From the NCBI GenBank assembly GCA_963749655.1, contig CAVVOB010000035.1, positions 1 to 64,000 of the forward strand: a DNA stretch of 64,000 nucleotides, in the 5' to 3' direction. Source of the DNA: Nitrospirota bacterium (GTDB taxonomy: Bacteria > Nitrospirota > UBA9217). The notes under the pieces were generated by a model, which ran no database searches, was not told the DNA's origin, and saw nothing but the letters and a program-made list of their open reading frames with translations. The translations under genes and the position numbers were made by a program. Positions 20,871-31,842 of this stretch are shown here, one piece after another; position 1 is the stretch's first letter; the number at the start of each line of letters is the position of its first letter.

Positions 20871-21061
20871 GGCAGGTTAACCTCTCAACAGGACCGGACC
20901 TTGTCCTGTATTCATTAGTATTGCAGGCGCCCCGACGACTGGCAGAGCGCATTTTTTCTTTTCGCGACAATATAATAATGGTCAAATACCCAGATTGTCA
21001 ATCCGAATGTTAAACTAGACATTATATGCTAATTCTAGATTGAGGTGGGAGCGGTCGGCGC

Positions 21062-21787
21062 TTATTTACGCTCCAGCCTGTCGATGCTGCTCAGGATTCC
21101 CTGGAGAATACGTACTTCCCTGGGGTCAAGTTTCGCTCTGCTGAATATCTGGCGGAGCGAAAACATCATTCGATCGGGCAGGTCGTGTTCGATAAAACCT
21201 GTCTTCTCCAGGGTCTCCTGCAAATGGCGATAAAAGTTTTCAAGATCTTCGGATTTCGCCAGAATGACATCGGCAGCCGGGCCGCCGGCTGCCGCCTCGC
21301 GATATAGTTCGTAAGCAAGTACCATTACTGCGTGGGAAAGGTTGAGCGAGGGGAAGGCGTCTGCAGAAGGGATCGCGACGAGTGAATTGCAGAGGGCAAG
21401 ATCGGAATTTTCCAGCCCGTTGATTTCATTGCCGAACACGACTGCGACCTTGCTGTTTGCCAGAAGGGGGACGACCTCGCAGGCCATATCACGGGGCGTC
21501 ATCGTGTTTCGTCCGAGCCTGCCCGCATGCCGCGAAGCCCCGACAACAATGTTGTGGCCCACCAGCGCTTCTGCCAGGGTTGCCGTACTCAGGCTGTTCC
21601 TCAGGATCGCATCTGCCCCTGCCGCGAGCCGGACGGCGTCATCGTTTCTGTCAGCCGGGGGGCGGACGAGGATGAGCCTGGAGATGCCGGTGTTCATCAT
21701 GCACCGCGCGGTTGAGCCGATGTTGGCCGGCGTCCTGCATTCGACGAGGATGATGCTGATATTATCGAGGACGGTATTGGTAGGCAT
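21062..21787 (-). CDS. SPOUT RNA methyltransferase, TrmJ/LasT family
   Basis: IILVECRTPANIGSTARCM, VFGNEINGLEN, PSLNLSHAV. Confidence 0.92.
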   Translation of the reverse strand: MPTNTVLDNISIILVECRTPANIGSTARCMMNTGISRLILVRPPADRNDDAVRLAAGADAILRNSLSTATLAEALVGHNIVVGASRHAGRLGRNTMTPRDMACEVVPLLANSKVAVVFGNEINGLENSDLALCNSLVAIPSADAFPSLNLSHAVMVLAYELYREAAAGGPAADVILAKSEDLENFYRHLQETLEKTGFIEHDLPDRMMFSLRQIFSRAKLDPREVRILQGILSSIDRLERK

Positions 21788-21900
21788 AGCGGGTCGCGTG
21801 GTCCGGTCCGGCGTTCCTTGCGCGCGGGTTCATTATAGAAGATGTGTCCGAAGGCCACAAGAAGATTCTGCGAGGGGGCAGCGAAGGAAGCGCTGCGCAA

Positions 21901-21929
21901 TTGACAAACAACCGCGGGGCTGGTAAAGT
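21901..21929 (+). promoter_or_regulatory. Putative sigma70 promoter of the MBL hydrolase gene
   Basis: TTGACA, 17 bp spacer, TAAAGT. Confidence 0.55.
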
Positions 21930-21939
21930 GCAGTCAACG

Positions 21940-22719
21940 ATGACCATGATCGCCATATCACTGCAGTCGGGGAGCAACGGCAACTGCATTTACGTCGAAA
22001 CGTGCGGCGTGAAGCTTCTGTTCGATGCCGGCATCACCGGTGTGCAGGCCGAGGAGCGGCTCGCCTCGCACGGCCGGAATATCCGGGACGTCAATGCCGT
22101 GATCATCTCCCATGACCATTCGGACCATATCCGCCATGCCGGCGTGCTTCAGCGCAAATTCGGGCTGCCCGTCTACGTGACGCCGGCGACCCTCGCCGCG
22201 GCAAAGGGGCGGTGCACCCTCGGAAAGCTGCAGGACGTGCGTCATTTCCGGTCCCATGACAAGCTGCGCTTCGGCGACGTGCTCGTTCACGCGATTCCCA
22301 CTCCCCACGACGGCGTGGACGGATCGGTCTTCGTCGTCGAGGCCGGGGGCAAGCGGCTCGGCATCCTGACGGACCTGGGGCATGTGTTTCAGGACCTCGT
22401 GCGCGTCGTGAGTTCGCTCGACGCCGTGTTCCTCGAAAGCAACTATGACCCCGACATGCTGGCCCGCGGACCCTACCCCGCCTATCTCAAGCAGCGAATT
22501 CGAGGTCCGCGCGGACACATATCGAACCTCGAGGCAGCAGAGGTACTGCTCCGCGCCTCAACCGAAAATCGCCTCCAGTGGGTCTGTCTGGCCCATCTCT
22601 CCGAACAGAACAATCATCCCGACGTGGCGCTGCGCACGCATCGCGCAGTCGTCGCCGAGACGCTCACGCTCCATGTCGCGGACCGCTATTCAGTTTCCGG
22701 CATTTTCACGGTCTCGTAG
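21940..22719 (+). CDS. MBL-fold metallo-hydrolase (YycJ/WalJ-like)
   Basis: SLQSGSNGNC, DAG, SHDHSDH, PHD, TDLG, LESNYD, GHISN, LAHLSEQNN. Confidence 0.9.
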   Translation: MTMIAISLQSGSNGNCIYVETCGVKLLFDAGITGVQAEERLASHGRNIRDVNAVIISHDHSDHIRHAGVLQRKFGLPVYVTPATLAAAKGRCTLGKLQDVRHFRSHDKLRFGDVLVHAIPTPHDGVDGSVFVVEAGGKRLGILTDLGHVFQDLVRVVSSLDAVFLESNYDPDMLARGPYPAYLKQRIRGPRGHISNLEAAEVLLRASTENRLQWVCLAHLSEQNNHPDVALRTHRAVVAETLTLHVADRYSVSGIFTVS

Positions 22720-22843
22720 CGTCGGGCATTCTTCCCCGCCCCTCCGTCATCTCGACTGCTCTTCCGAAGTCCCGCGGAAAGTCCCGGCCCAATCCAGATA
22801 GAATAGATGTATCGAGAATGCGCTGATTTGAGGGAAAAGCGAT

Positions 22844-22920
22844 CTCGCGCGGAGACGCGGAGGGCAAGGCTGAGGAGATCAACCTAAACCGTTCTCTGCG
22901 TCTCTGCGCCTCTGCGCGAA
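22844..22920. repeat. Inverted pair of 9-mer arrays (CGCGGAGA arm / TCTCTGCG arm) between convergent genes
   Basis: ctcgcgcggagacgcggag ... ctctgcgtctctgcgcctctgcgcga. Confidence 0.72.
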
Positions 22921-22950
22921 AAACAGATTCTGGTTTAAGCGGTTGTTGTT

Positions 22951-24565
22951 CTACTGCCTGCGAAGCGCTAGGAACAGCCAGAGGAAGAGAACGCCGCAGG
23001 CCGCCAGGGACCAGGTGCTCTCCGTATCAAAGCCGTTGATGCGGAACGTCGCGCCAGCCATGCCTGCGCCCACGATGAGGATGGAAAGCACGAAGGCTTT
23101 TCCGATACGCGAAATCGTGCGGAGTTCGTCGACGATGTCCTTCGATGTGATCTCCACGCGGGTTTCGCCGCGGCTCGTCGTTATCAGGAAATCGTGCAGC
23201 AGCTTCGGGAGCTGAGTGAACGAGCGGGCCGCAGTCCAGGCCCGACCCAGCAGAGCCGCGGGCGCCGCTTCCTCGCTTTTGATGAATCGGCGGGCAAAGG
23301 GCGTGGCGATCTCGATGATGTTGGTTTCGGGGTCGAGCCGGGAGCCGAGGCCGTTCAGCATGCCGATGACCCGGCCGAAAAGAATGAAATCGTTCGGGAT
23401 CTGGATGGAGGGGCTCAGCCGGAGTGCTTCCGTGATGTCGTTTCCGATGTCCTGGATGTCCATGGACTTGAATTCCGAAGCGGACATGTCGCGGTACTTC
23501 TGGAAGATCCGGTCCACGAAATGCACGAGCGGATTGATGTCCTTCGTTAAAGGAATGAAGTCCATGTCCACAAGGGAGCGGACCAGGCCGAGGGAATCGC
23601 GGTCCATGACGGCCGTGAAGGCCCTGCGGAGCCCCGCTTTCTTCGGCGTCGAAATGCGGTCGACCATGCCGAAGTCGACGAGGATGATCTCCGGTCCGGG
23701 CGTCACGAAGATGTTGCCGGGGTGGGGGTCTCCGTGGAACAGTCCGTCGGCGAAGAACATCTGGGCATAGGCTTCGGCCAGGACGCGACCGATCTCTTTG
23801 CGGTCGATCCCCGCGTGGTCGATCGCGTCGAAGTCCGTGATCTTGATGCCTTCGAGATATTCGAGCGTCAGCACCTTGGACGTCGTGAAAGGCCAGTACA
23901 CGAGGGGAATCTTGATTTTCGGGTTCTTGGCGAAGTTCCGCGCAAAGGTCTCTGCGTTCTTGCCTTCCTGTATATAATCCAGCTCCTCGCGTATGATCCG
24001 GGAGAACTCCGAGTAGATCACGTCAAGATTGATTTGACGGTAGAGCAGCCGCAGGATGCGGATCACGAACTTCAGCGTCCGCATGTCGGAGGCGATGACC
24101 TCTTCGATTCCGGGATACTGTACTTTCACCACGATGCAGTCGCCGTCCCTGAGACAGGCCTTGTGCACCTGGCCGAGGGACGCTGACGCAATCGGCGTTT
24201 CGTCGAATGAGGAGAAGACCTCGTCCATGGGGCCGAGCTCCTCGGTGACGCGCCGGGCGATCTCGGCAAAGGGCGCGGGCGGCACCTGGTCCTGCAGCTT
24301 CGAGAGCTCGCTCGGTATATTCCTCGGGAAGGATGTCGACGCGGGAGGACAGGAACTGGCCGATCTTGATCAGGACGCCGCGCATCTGGATCATGCGTTC
24401 GCGCAGCTTGAGGGCATTGCGTGCGTGCAGCCGCTTCAGCCGCTCCCTGCGCACTGCAGGATTGACGAAGGCGTTCCTCAAGGCATGAAACTTATAGCTC
24501 AGGAGGATTTCCAGGAACAGGCGCACGCCCTTGAGAAACCGGCCGCGATAACTGTAAAATTGCAT
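22951..24565 (-). CDS. ABC1/UbiB (AarF) family kinase; frameshift near 24310
   Basis: IKIGQFLSSRVDILP in one frame; ASASLGQVH, VKVQYP, ELDY..EG.N, LEYLEG, FHGDPHPGN, DFGM in the next. Confidence 0.92.
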
Positions 24566-24626
24566 ACTTGATTATACCAGAAGCCATGCAGGATAGGTAT
24601 CGGGTTACATACGAGGAGCAAGTTGG

Positions 24627-24786
24627 GAGTTTCGGGTTTCGAGTCTCGAGTCTCGAACTTCAGGTCTCAAGTCTCAGGTCTTAATCCTGAGCGAACTTTA
24701 CACGGATCGCTCGATGCAGATGAATCTTAGTGCTCCATGGAGTTTGAAGCTCAAACTTGAAACATGAAACTCGAAACTTGAGACTG
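24627..24786. repeat. Heptamer repeat hairpin (GTTTCGA/GTCTCGA arm, AAACTTG/AAACTCG arm)
   Basis: gagtttcgggtttcgagtctcgagtctcgaacttcaggtctcaagtctcaggtct ... ctcaaacttgaaacatgaaactcgaaacttgagact. Confidence 0.78.
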
Positions 24787-24792
24787 AATGCT

Positions 24793-26041
24793 TTACGCAA
24801 AGATCCCGATCACCGCGCCGGTCATGCAGGTGGCGAGGGTGCCGGCCACGAGGGCCTTCATGCCGAGTCCCACGATCTCGGTGCGTCGCTCCGGCGCCAG
24901 ACTGCCGAGTCCCCCGATCAGGATGCCGAGACTTCCGAAGTTGGCGAAGCTCGACAGGGCGTAGGCCATGATCAAACGGCTGCGGTCTGCAAGAACGCCT
25001 GCGGGAAGCTTGGCCAGATCCAGGAAAGCCAGCAGCTCGTTCAGAACCGTCTTGGTCCCCATGAGCTGGCCGGCGGTCTGGGCCTCGGACCAGGGGATGC
25101 CGAAGAGCCACGACGACCGGAGCCATTACGAATCCGAGAATCCGCTGGAGCGTGAGCGGCCTGCCTGCCAGGTCCGGAAGCAGGCCGATCAGCTGGTTTG
25201 CGAGATGCACCAGCGCCACCATGACGACGAGCATTGCAATAATATTGAGCAGCAGGTGGAGGCCGTCCATGGTTCCCCTTACCACGGCGTCCATGGAACT
25301 CGTCGCGGTCCGCTCCGGAGCCAGGCTTCCCGATGTCTCCGGTCCCGTCTCGGGCACCATGATCCGCGCGATCGTTATGGCAGCGGCCACATGGATGAAG
25401 GAGGCGATCAGGATGTGGCCAAGGGGATCGGGGATCACGTTGTTCAGGAAGGTCGCGTAGAGGATCATGACGGTGCCGGCGATGCAGGCCATGCCCACGG
25501 TCATGAGTGAAAAAATCTCGCTCCGGGTCATCGCTTTCAGGTAGGGTTTGATGACGAGGGGCGCCTCGACCATTCCGAGGAAGATCGTGGTAGACGCTCC
25601 AAGGCCCAGTGCGCCGCCGATGTTCAAGGTTTTCTGGAGCAGAAAGGAAAAACCGCGGACCACGACGGGCAGGATGCGCCAGTAGAATAAAAGGCCCGAA
25701 AGTGCGCCGATCACGAGCACGAGCGGCAGCGCTTGAAATGCGAGGATGAAGTTCGCACCGGGGTCCTGAAGCAGGAACGGCGGGACCCCGCCCCCGATGT
25801 AGCCGAACACGAACGAGGTGCCGGCCCTGGTTGCCGCTTCGAGGGAAAGTACGAGGTTATTCAGGAGAAGAAAGAGCTTTTTGAAGACCGGGACATAGAG
25901 GAGGATTGCGGCAACTGCAAGCTGAACCATGACGCCGGTGAACACTACGGCCGGTTTTACATTTTTCTTCTTTTCACTGAAGATCCATGCCACCACCAAA
26001 AAGACGATAATGCCGAAAAAACCCTGAAAGCGCATGAACAT
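24793..26041 (-). CDS. NupC/CNT nucleoside:H+ symporter; frameshift near 25110
   Basis: GTSFVFG, LAFQALP, IFLGMVEAPL, GMACIAG; KTVLNE, FANFGSLGI in the next frame. Confidence 0.92.
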
Positions 26042-26519
26042 GCCCCTTGTGAGTCCTGTGGACGATTTTTTCCGGGCTATTATGGCATGGTGGACTGCAA
26101 AATTCAACGCGAAAAAAACGGTTTTCACGCCTTCAGCAGGCTGAAAAGGAGGGAGTGGATTGCTTGAACGCAGGTCTGTCCCGTTGAACCTGCTGGGTAT
26201 GCGGCTGGCGTGCACTGGCCAACTTTGAAGGTGCTCATGGCTTGCTGTACGGAAAAGGGCCAAATAGTTACGAAGTATTTTATTTCTCATTTTTGCCAAC
26301 TCGTTGATATATAACGGTTCTGTTTTGGCATACCCTTAAAATACCCTTATAATAATATTGACATGTAAAGTTTGTTTGTAGTACTTTTATTGTGTAAAAT
26401 CCGCTCCCCTGACGGCCTCGCAGGTCCGACAGGAAAGTCATCTCTGCTGCGGGCGGAGGTCACGCGGAAGTGCGGCAGGGAGTGTCACCTTTCCCGCGGC
26501 TTTGAACGGCCGGACGGTT

Positions 26520-27746
26520 ATGGCAAAACAAAAAATTCTCCTCATACAATCAACAGAGACGCAGGGCAACGGGACCAAACGTTTCCTCGAAGAGAGGGGC
26601 TACAAGGTCATCTGGGCCCGCTCCGGACTGACTGCGCTCATGATGGCGACCAACATGGCCATCGACGTCATCGTCCTCGATGTCGCGCTGCCCGATATTG
26701 AAGGTCTCGATCTCTGCCGCCGCTTTCGCCAGCGGAGCGACACGCGCTCCATTCCGATCATGCTGCTCACTTCGCGAGGGTACGCGCCGGAGCAGGCGAA
26801 GCGCACGGCCTTCGGCCCGGACGATTACCTGGCAAAGCCCTATTCGGGGAGTGAACTGGACAATCGGATCTCTGCGCTGCTCGATGCGGGAATGCCCGAA
26901 GCGGCGGGATCAGGGACACCGGCGCCGTCTGAACAACCGTTAGCGCCTGAGGCGCCGAAGAAGCCCCTTTTGTATGCTGAATCCATATTGCTGCCGGAAC
27001 CGAGGCGTGCGATGATAACGGTGGCGCAGCAGGCGCAGCAGCAGGACGTAATGCTGGGAGCGAGCGGGGATACGAGGCCCCGGCAGGAGCCGGTGCTCGG
27101 CGCAGAACCGGAAGAGGACCGGCTGCACAAGACGGACCTCAGGGCCGGTTCGCAGCCCGCAGCGGCGTCGGAGAAAAAAGAAGAGGCCTCAGCACAACCG
27201 GCGTCGGATGCTCCGCCGTCGTTGCCCCTGCTTCCGGTCCCGGCAACGGGCGACGTCGTCATCGATCCGGCCACCGGCCTCTTCGGCCGGCCGCAATTCG
27301 AGGCCATGTTTGCGAAGGAGTTTAAGCGGGCGACGCGCTTCAAACAGCAGATGAGCTGCATGCTGATCGATCTTGACGGGACGAAGGTGGGGAGGCGCGC
27401 CGAGGCGGGTCTGGTCACATCGATTATCGGGCTCGTGCAGAAGACGATTCGGGAAATAGACACCGCGGCTTGGTGGACCGGCGAGACGCTCATCGTACTG
27501 CTTCCAAACACCATCCGCCATGACGCCCTGCAGGCTGCAGCGCGCATCCTCGAGGCTGTTGCGATACATCCGTTCACGTGGCCCGACGCCACAAATGTTA
27601 CGATGAGCATCGGTGTTGCCGGCCTGCCCGACCCTCACATCGATACGGAAGAGAAGCTGCTCGAAGCAGCAGAGGCGGCCCGCAGCCGGGCGCAGGATCT
27701 GATGGTGCCGTCTCCCGACCACAAGTCTTTCCTGAAAAAGCGCTGA
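26520..27746 (+). CDS. REC - Pro/Ala-rich linker - degenerate GGDEF protein
   Basis: REC (LDVALPDIEG...IPIMLLTS...DYLAKP); DPATGLF, MLIDLD, REID, WWTGET in place of GG(D/E)EF, SIGVA. Confidence 0.85.
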   Translation: MAKQKILLIQSTETQGNGTKRFLEERGYKVIWARSGLTALMMATNMAIDVIVLDVALPDIEGLDLCRRFRQRSDTRSIPIMLLTSRGYAPEQAKRTAFGPDDYLAKPYSGSELDNRISALLDAGMPEAAGSGTPAPSEQPLAPEAPKKPLLYAESILLPEPRRAMITVAQQAQQQDVMLGASGDTRPRQEPVLGAEPEEDRLHKTDLRAGSQPAAASEKKEEASAQPASDAPPSLPLLPVPATGDVVIDPATGLFGRPQFEAMFAKEFKRATRFKQQMSCMLIDLDGTKVGRRAEAGLVTSIIGLVQKTIREIDTAAWWTGETLIVLLPNTIRHDALQAAARILEAVAIHPFTWPDATNVTMSIGVAGLPDPHIDTEEKLLEAAEAARSRAQDLMVPSPDHKSFLKKR

Positions 27747-27872
27747 GCGCGATATTCTCCTGAGCACCATCGGTAGCGGGATCGCTCCTTTCTCTCGTCT
27801 GCAAGCCGGGAACAGAATCCCCCCGATTTCTATTTTTCATCGAAAGGTTCCAGGCCAAATCCGGTCATCCCG

Positions 27873-28253
27873 TCAGGTCCGCGAGGCGGGAATGAGTTTC
27901 TCGATCAGCGCATGCAAAGCTGCCGTCTGAATGGGTTTTGTCACGTATCCGGCCGCGCCCATTTCCATGCCCCGCCGGGTGTCCTCTTCCTTTCCTTCCG
28001 TGCTCTGAATGACGATGGGGATATGCGAATATTCCGGACTTTCTTTCACTTTCTTCAGGAACTCCAGCCCTCCCATGATCGGCATGTTGATGTCGAGCAG
28101 CACCAGGTCGGTGTCTTGGTTCTGAGCCAGCAGTTCCAGGCCCGCTTTGCCGTTTTTCGCCAGTAAGATGGTGCATTTATAGCGCATCAAGGCCATCTTG
28201 TACATCTGGTGTATCAACGCCGAATCATCAACTACCAGAACCTTTTTCAACAT
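27873..28253 (-). CDS. Single-domain CheY-like response regulator
   Basis: VLVVDDS, LLDINMP, STEG, YVTKP; GGAG RBS before ATG at 28253. Confidence 0.92.
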   Translation of the reverse strand: MLKKVLVVDDSALIHQMYKMALMRYKCTILLAKNGKAGLELLAQNQDTDLVLLDINMPIMGGLEFLKKVKESPEYSHIPIVIQSTEGKEEDTRRGMEMGAAGYVTKPIQTAALHALIEKLIPASRT

Positions 28254-28392
28254 GACTCCTCCGCTGATATGCTGATCTCGGGTGCTGCTGATAAGATGTG
28301 CATCCGGGCCTTGCCGCCGCAAACGGGCCAGGACTCCGTCGTCTCTGATTCTTGATGAAACGCCTGCACCGCTGTTCCGTCGGCGGGCCGCC

Positions 28393-29244
28393 TCAGCTCG
28401 TCAGGCTGCGCCCAGGTCCGGCCTTGTCCTTCAGCAGGTCGAGGAAGCTCTGGATCGTGGCGAGCTTCCGCTCGGAATGCGAATAGAGCTGTGAAGAAAA
28501 AAGCGCCGTGGCCGCGTGTCCGGCCAGCATCGAAAAGAGTTCGTAGTCCACATTCGTCAGCTCCGGCTTCTGGATCAGCAGCTTGTATATCACGATCGCG
28601 CCGATGACGTGCTCCTTGATCTTGAGCGGTATGACGATGAGCGGGTGGTCATAGTCCACGCCGGAGAGGTCGGAGGGATCGCCTTGACGATAGTATGCTT
28701 CACCGGTCTTGACCGATGTTCCGATGACGCCGTTGCCGAGCCTGATGCCGGGCCGCGACTGGGGCCCGAGGCCTTCCTGGGCGACGACGAGGAGCTCATT
28801 TGTCTTTTCATCGAGCATCATGATCGCGAATTCTTCCGCTCCGATAAGGTTCATTACGATCTCAAGGATGATCTTGAGGCTTTCACTGAAATCCAGCGTC
28901 GAATGAAGCTGGTAGCTCGCCACGTAGAGATTGGCAAGGTTGTTGTTCTCCGATTCCACCTCCACATAGCGGTTCGCAAAATCCTTGTTCTCCTCTTCCA
29001 CCATGCGAAACTTGTTGAGCAGTTTCTGGTTTTCTTCCTCCAGAAGCCGGACCCGTTCCGAAAGGGAGTTCACCTGGGCGCCGCTCGCCTTGCCGGGTAT
29101 GCGGGTTTCGTTTTCACGCTGGGCGATCCGATACCTGAGCTTCTCATTCTCTTTCAGCAGCTCCTGGGTGAACTCTTCTCCTTTTCTGAAGATGTTCAGA
29201 AAGTCCTCAACCTTTTTGGACATCGCTCCGCCTTCTTGCTCCAT
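28393..29244 (-). CDS. Coiled-coil plus GAF-domain protein
   Basis: Heptad region (LLKENEKLR...ENNNLANLYVASYQLHSTLD) then GAF (GVIG, IVIPLKIKEHVIGAI, ELFSMLAGHAA). Confidence 0.85.
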   Translation of the reverse strand: MEQEGGAMSKKVEDFLNIFRKGEEFTQELLKENEKLRYRIAQRENETRIPGKASGAQVNSLSERVRLLEEENQKLLNKFRMVEEENKDFANRYVEVESENNNLANLYVASYQLHSTLDFSESLKIILEIVMNLIGAEEFAIMMLDEKTNELLVVAQEGLGPQSRPGIRLGNGVIGTSVKTGEAYYRQGDPSDLSGVDYDHPLIVIPLKIKEHVIGAIVIYKLLIQKPELTNVDYELFSMLAGHAATALFSSQLYSHSERKLATIQSFLDLLKDKAGPGRSLTS

Positions 29245-29465
29245 GGCCCTTTCCTCCGTAATCCCTGGCGTTCTTGTTTCGTTGGTCCCTCGTATTATTG
29301 GTATATTGTAGCATAGACACGATATTTGTCACCTAATTCATGCACGACCAGGGAAATAATCTTATCGCGCCCGGCGGGCTGAGCAGGCAGTTTGCGGCTG
29401 AAACGGAATCGGTATTCCCGCGGCAGGGCAGGAGTTTCTATTTACCGCAACCGCAATAATAATCC

Positions 29466-29494
29466 TTGACTTCCTGCCAGGGAAGTGGCATTAT
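29466..29494 (+). promoter_or_regulatory. Putative promoter of the csp gene
   Basis: TTGACT, 17 bp spacer, TGnCATTAT. Confidence 0.55.
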
Positions 29495-29529
29495 TACTTT
29501 CAGAAGTTCCGGATGTACTTGTAGGGAAA

Positions 29530-29565
29530 CCGCAAAGACAGATCGGCTTTGCGGCATTTTTTTTG
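29530..29565 (+). terminator. Terminator-like hairpin inside the csp 5' leader
   Basis: CCGCAAAG-acagatcgg-CTTTGCGG followed by catttttttt. Confidence 0.65.
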
Positions 29566-29610
29566 TCCTTTTCCGTCGCTTCAATTCACAAGAAGGAGGT
29601 AGCTCATCAC

Positions 29611-29811
29611 ATGGAAACAGGCACAGTAAAGTGGTTCAATGATTCCAAAGGCTTTGGTTTCATTACTCGTGAAAAGGGCGGCGATGTATTCGTTCATTTC
29701 GGCGACATTCAGGACAGCGGCTTCAAGTCGTTGGCTGAAGGCCAGTCCGTACAGTTCGACGTTGTCGACTCACCCAAGGGCCCCAAGGCAGCCAATGTTG
29801 TAAAGCTCTAA
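29611..29811 (+). CDS. Cold-shock protein (CspA family)
   Basis: [38 protein letters not shown]; AAGGAGG RBS. Confidence 0.97.
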   Translation: METGTVKWFNDSKGFGFITREKGGDVFVHFGDIQDSGFKSLAEGQSVQFDVVDSPKGPKAANVVKL

Positions 29812-29833
29812 GCTGACAACGCTTAAAACCTTG

Positions 29834-29870
29834 AAGCAGATCCTGATTCGTCAGGGTCTGCTTTTTTATT
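29834..29870 (+). terminator. Intrinsic terminator after csp
   Basis: aagcagatcctga-ttcg-tcagggtctgctt followed by a T tract. Confidence 0.85.
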
Positions 29871-30181
29871 TCCCCCGCCCGCCCCTCCGGCGAAATGCCG
29901 AATCGACCTTCAGACCGTAACCTTAAATAGTCGTCCTGCCCGTCTCCCGCAATCGTGATTTCCCAGTTGTTAAGCCGGCGCTCTTCAGGTATTTCAGCAC
30001 CTGTTTGCGAGCATGCTGTTTTTTCTGTTGGAACGGACAGTAAATTGCAAACATAAAAACCTGTCTAAACTAAAATTACAGGTTGACAAAATGCTAATAC
30101 TTTAGCTATATATGAAAGTAAGGGATAAAAGGATTTTCCCTTCACGAACATCGGAGTCAAATACTTCAAGGAGGTGCTCTC

Positions 30182-31797
30182 ATGACGCAGTGGAAAGATA
30201 TCGGGATCGGGAAGAAGATCATGATTGCCATCGGGATCATGATCGCCGCACTGGCATTTGTTTCGATCATTGTAGTGCGTGGAATTTCCGATATTGTCCG
30301 GGACGGACTCGAGGTGCTCGGCCGGGAACAAGCTGCGCGGCGAACTGCTCCAGCGTGAGGTCGACCACTTGAAGTGGACCCAGGAATTGGGACGGTACGT
30401 CTACGATGACCGGGTGAGCGACCTGAAAGTCCAGCTCGACCCCACGCAATGCGGGTTCGGCAAATGGTACTACGGCAACGGCAGAAAAGAAGCGGAAAAA
30501 CTGCTGCCGGCGCTGCGCGATTCCTTGAGGCCATAGAAGAGCCTCACCGCAAACTGCATGAGTCGGCAGTCGCATATCAAGGACCTTCGGCGCAGGGCAG
30601 GAGCAATGAAACCCATGACTATTATGAGTCAACGACGATGGCCCATCTGGGCGCGGTCCAGGGATTGCTGAGAAACATGGCAGAGACCGCGAAGGAGAAC
30701 ATCCTGTCCGAAGAGGGGATGCTGTCGAATGCCCTCAAGACACGGATGAGCACCATCATTATCGCGCTCGTTGCGAGTCCTTGCCGGGTTGCTCCTGGGA
30801 TGGGTGGTCGCACGGACCATGTTCGAAGCCCGTGCAGAAGAGCGTCGAGTTCGCAGAAGCGGTCGCGGCCGGGGATTTCCGTCAGCACCTCGATATCAAG
30901 CAAAAGGACGAGATGGGGCGGCTGGCGCGTTCGCTGAATGCCATGGTAGACAAGTTAAAGCAGGTCATTTCCGATGTACAGTACGCCGCGGACAATGTGG
31001 CTTCGGGGAGCCATCAGCTCTCGGCCGGGTCGGAGCAATTGTCCCAGGGCACGACGGAGCAGGCGGCCTCGGCTGAGGAGGCATCGTCCTCGGTGGAAGA
31101 GATGAACGCAACGATCAGGCAGAATGCCGACAGCGCCAGGCAGACGGAGAGCATCGCGCGCATGTCCGCGAGCGACGCGCAGGAAAGCGGAAAGGCGGTG
31201 ATCGAGGCGGTGGCGGCGATGAAGGACATCGCGTCGAGGATCTCGATCATCGAAGAGATCGCGCGCCAGACGAACATGCTGGCATTGAACGCCGCGATCG
31301 AGGCCGCACGGGCCGGCGAGCACGGCAAGGGCTTTGCCGTCGTAGCGGCCGAGGTGCGGAAACTCGCAGAGCGGAGCCAGGTCGCCGCCGGCGAGATCAG
31401 CAAGCTCTCCGCATCGAGCGTCGACGTGGCGGAGCACGCAGGAGCAAAGCTCGCGAAGCTCGTACCCGACATCCAGAAGACCTCTGAGCTCGTTCAGGAG
31501 ATCGGCGCCTCCACGCGGGAGCAGGCGACCGGCGCGGACCAGATCAACGGCGCCATCCAGCAGCTGAATAACGTGATCCAGCAGAACGCCGGCGCTGCGG
31601 AAGAGATGGCGTCCACTGCGTCTGAACTTTCTTCCCAGGCGGAGCAGCTTCAACAGGCCGTGTCGTTCTTCCAGGTGGGTATCGAGAGCGGAAGCCGCGC
31701 GCCGCTTCGTGTTCTTCGCGGGAAAAGCTCGGTCACGAGCAAAGGACGGAGCATTCCGGCAAAATGCGGTGGTGATGAGCTGGCCAAGGCGGCCTGA
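30182..31797 (+). CDS. Methyl-accepting chemotaxis protein with CZB-like sensor and HAMP; several frameshifts
   Basis: TM1; HLKW...CGFGKWYY...H..LH (CZB); TM2; HAMP (KDEMGRLA); signalling [40 protein letters not shown]. Confidence 0.9.
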
Positions 31798-31842
31798 AGC
31801 CGGCAAATGTTCGCTGTTCTCTGCCAGTGAGAGGAGGTTGCC

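Noticed and set aside
26291-26350. sigma54 promoter (TTGGCA)
   Set aside because: The -12 TTGC element is missing at the required spacing on both strands
29520-29560. c-di-GMP-I riboswitch suggested by GGGAAAC/GCAAAG
   Set aside because: The two-hairpin layout and conserved junction are absent; the segment is better explained as a terminator-like hairpin
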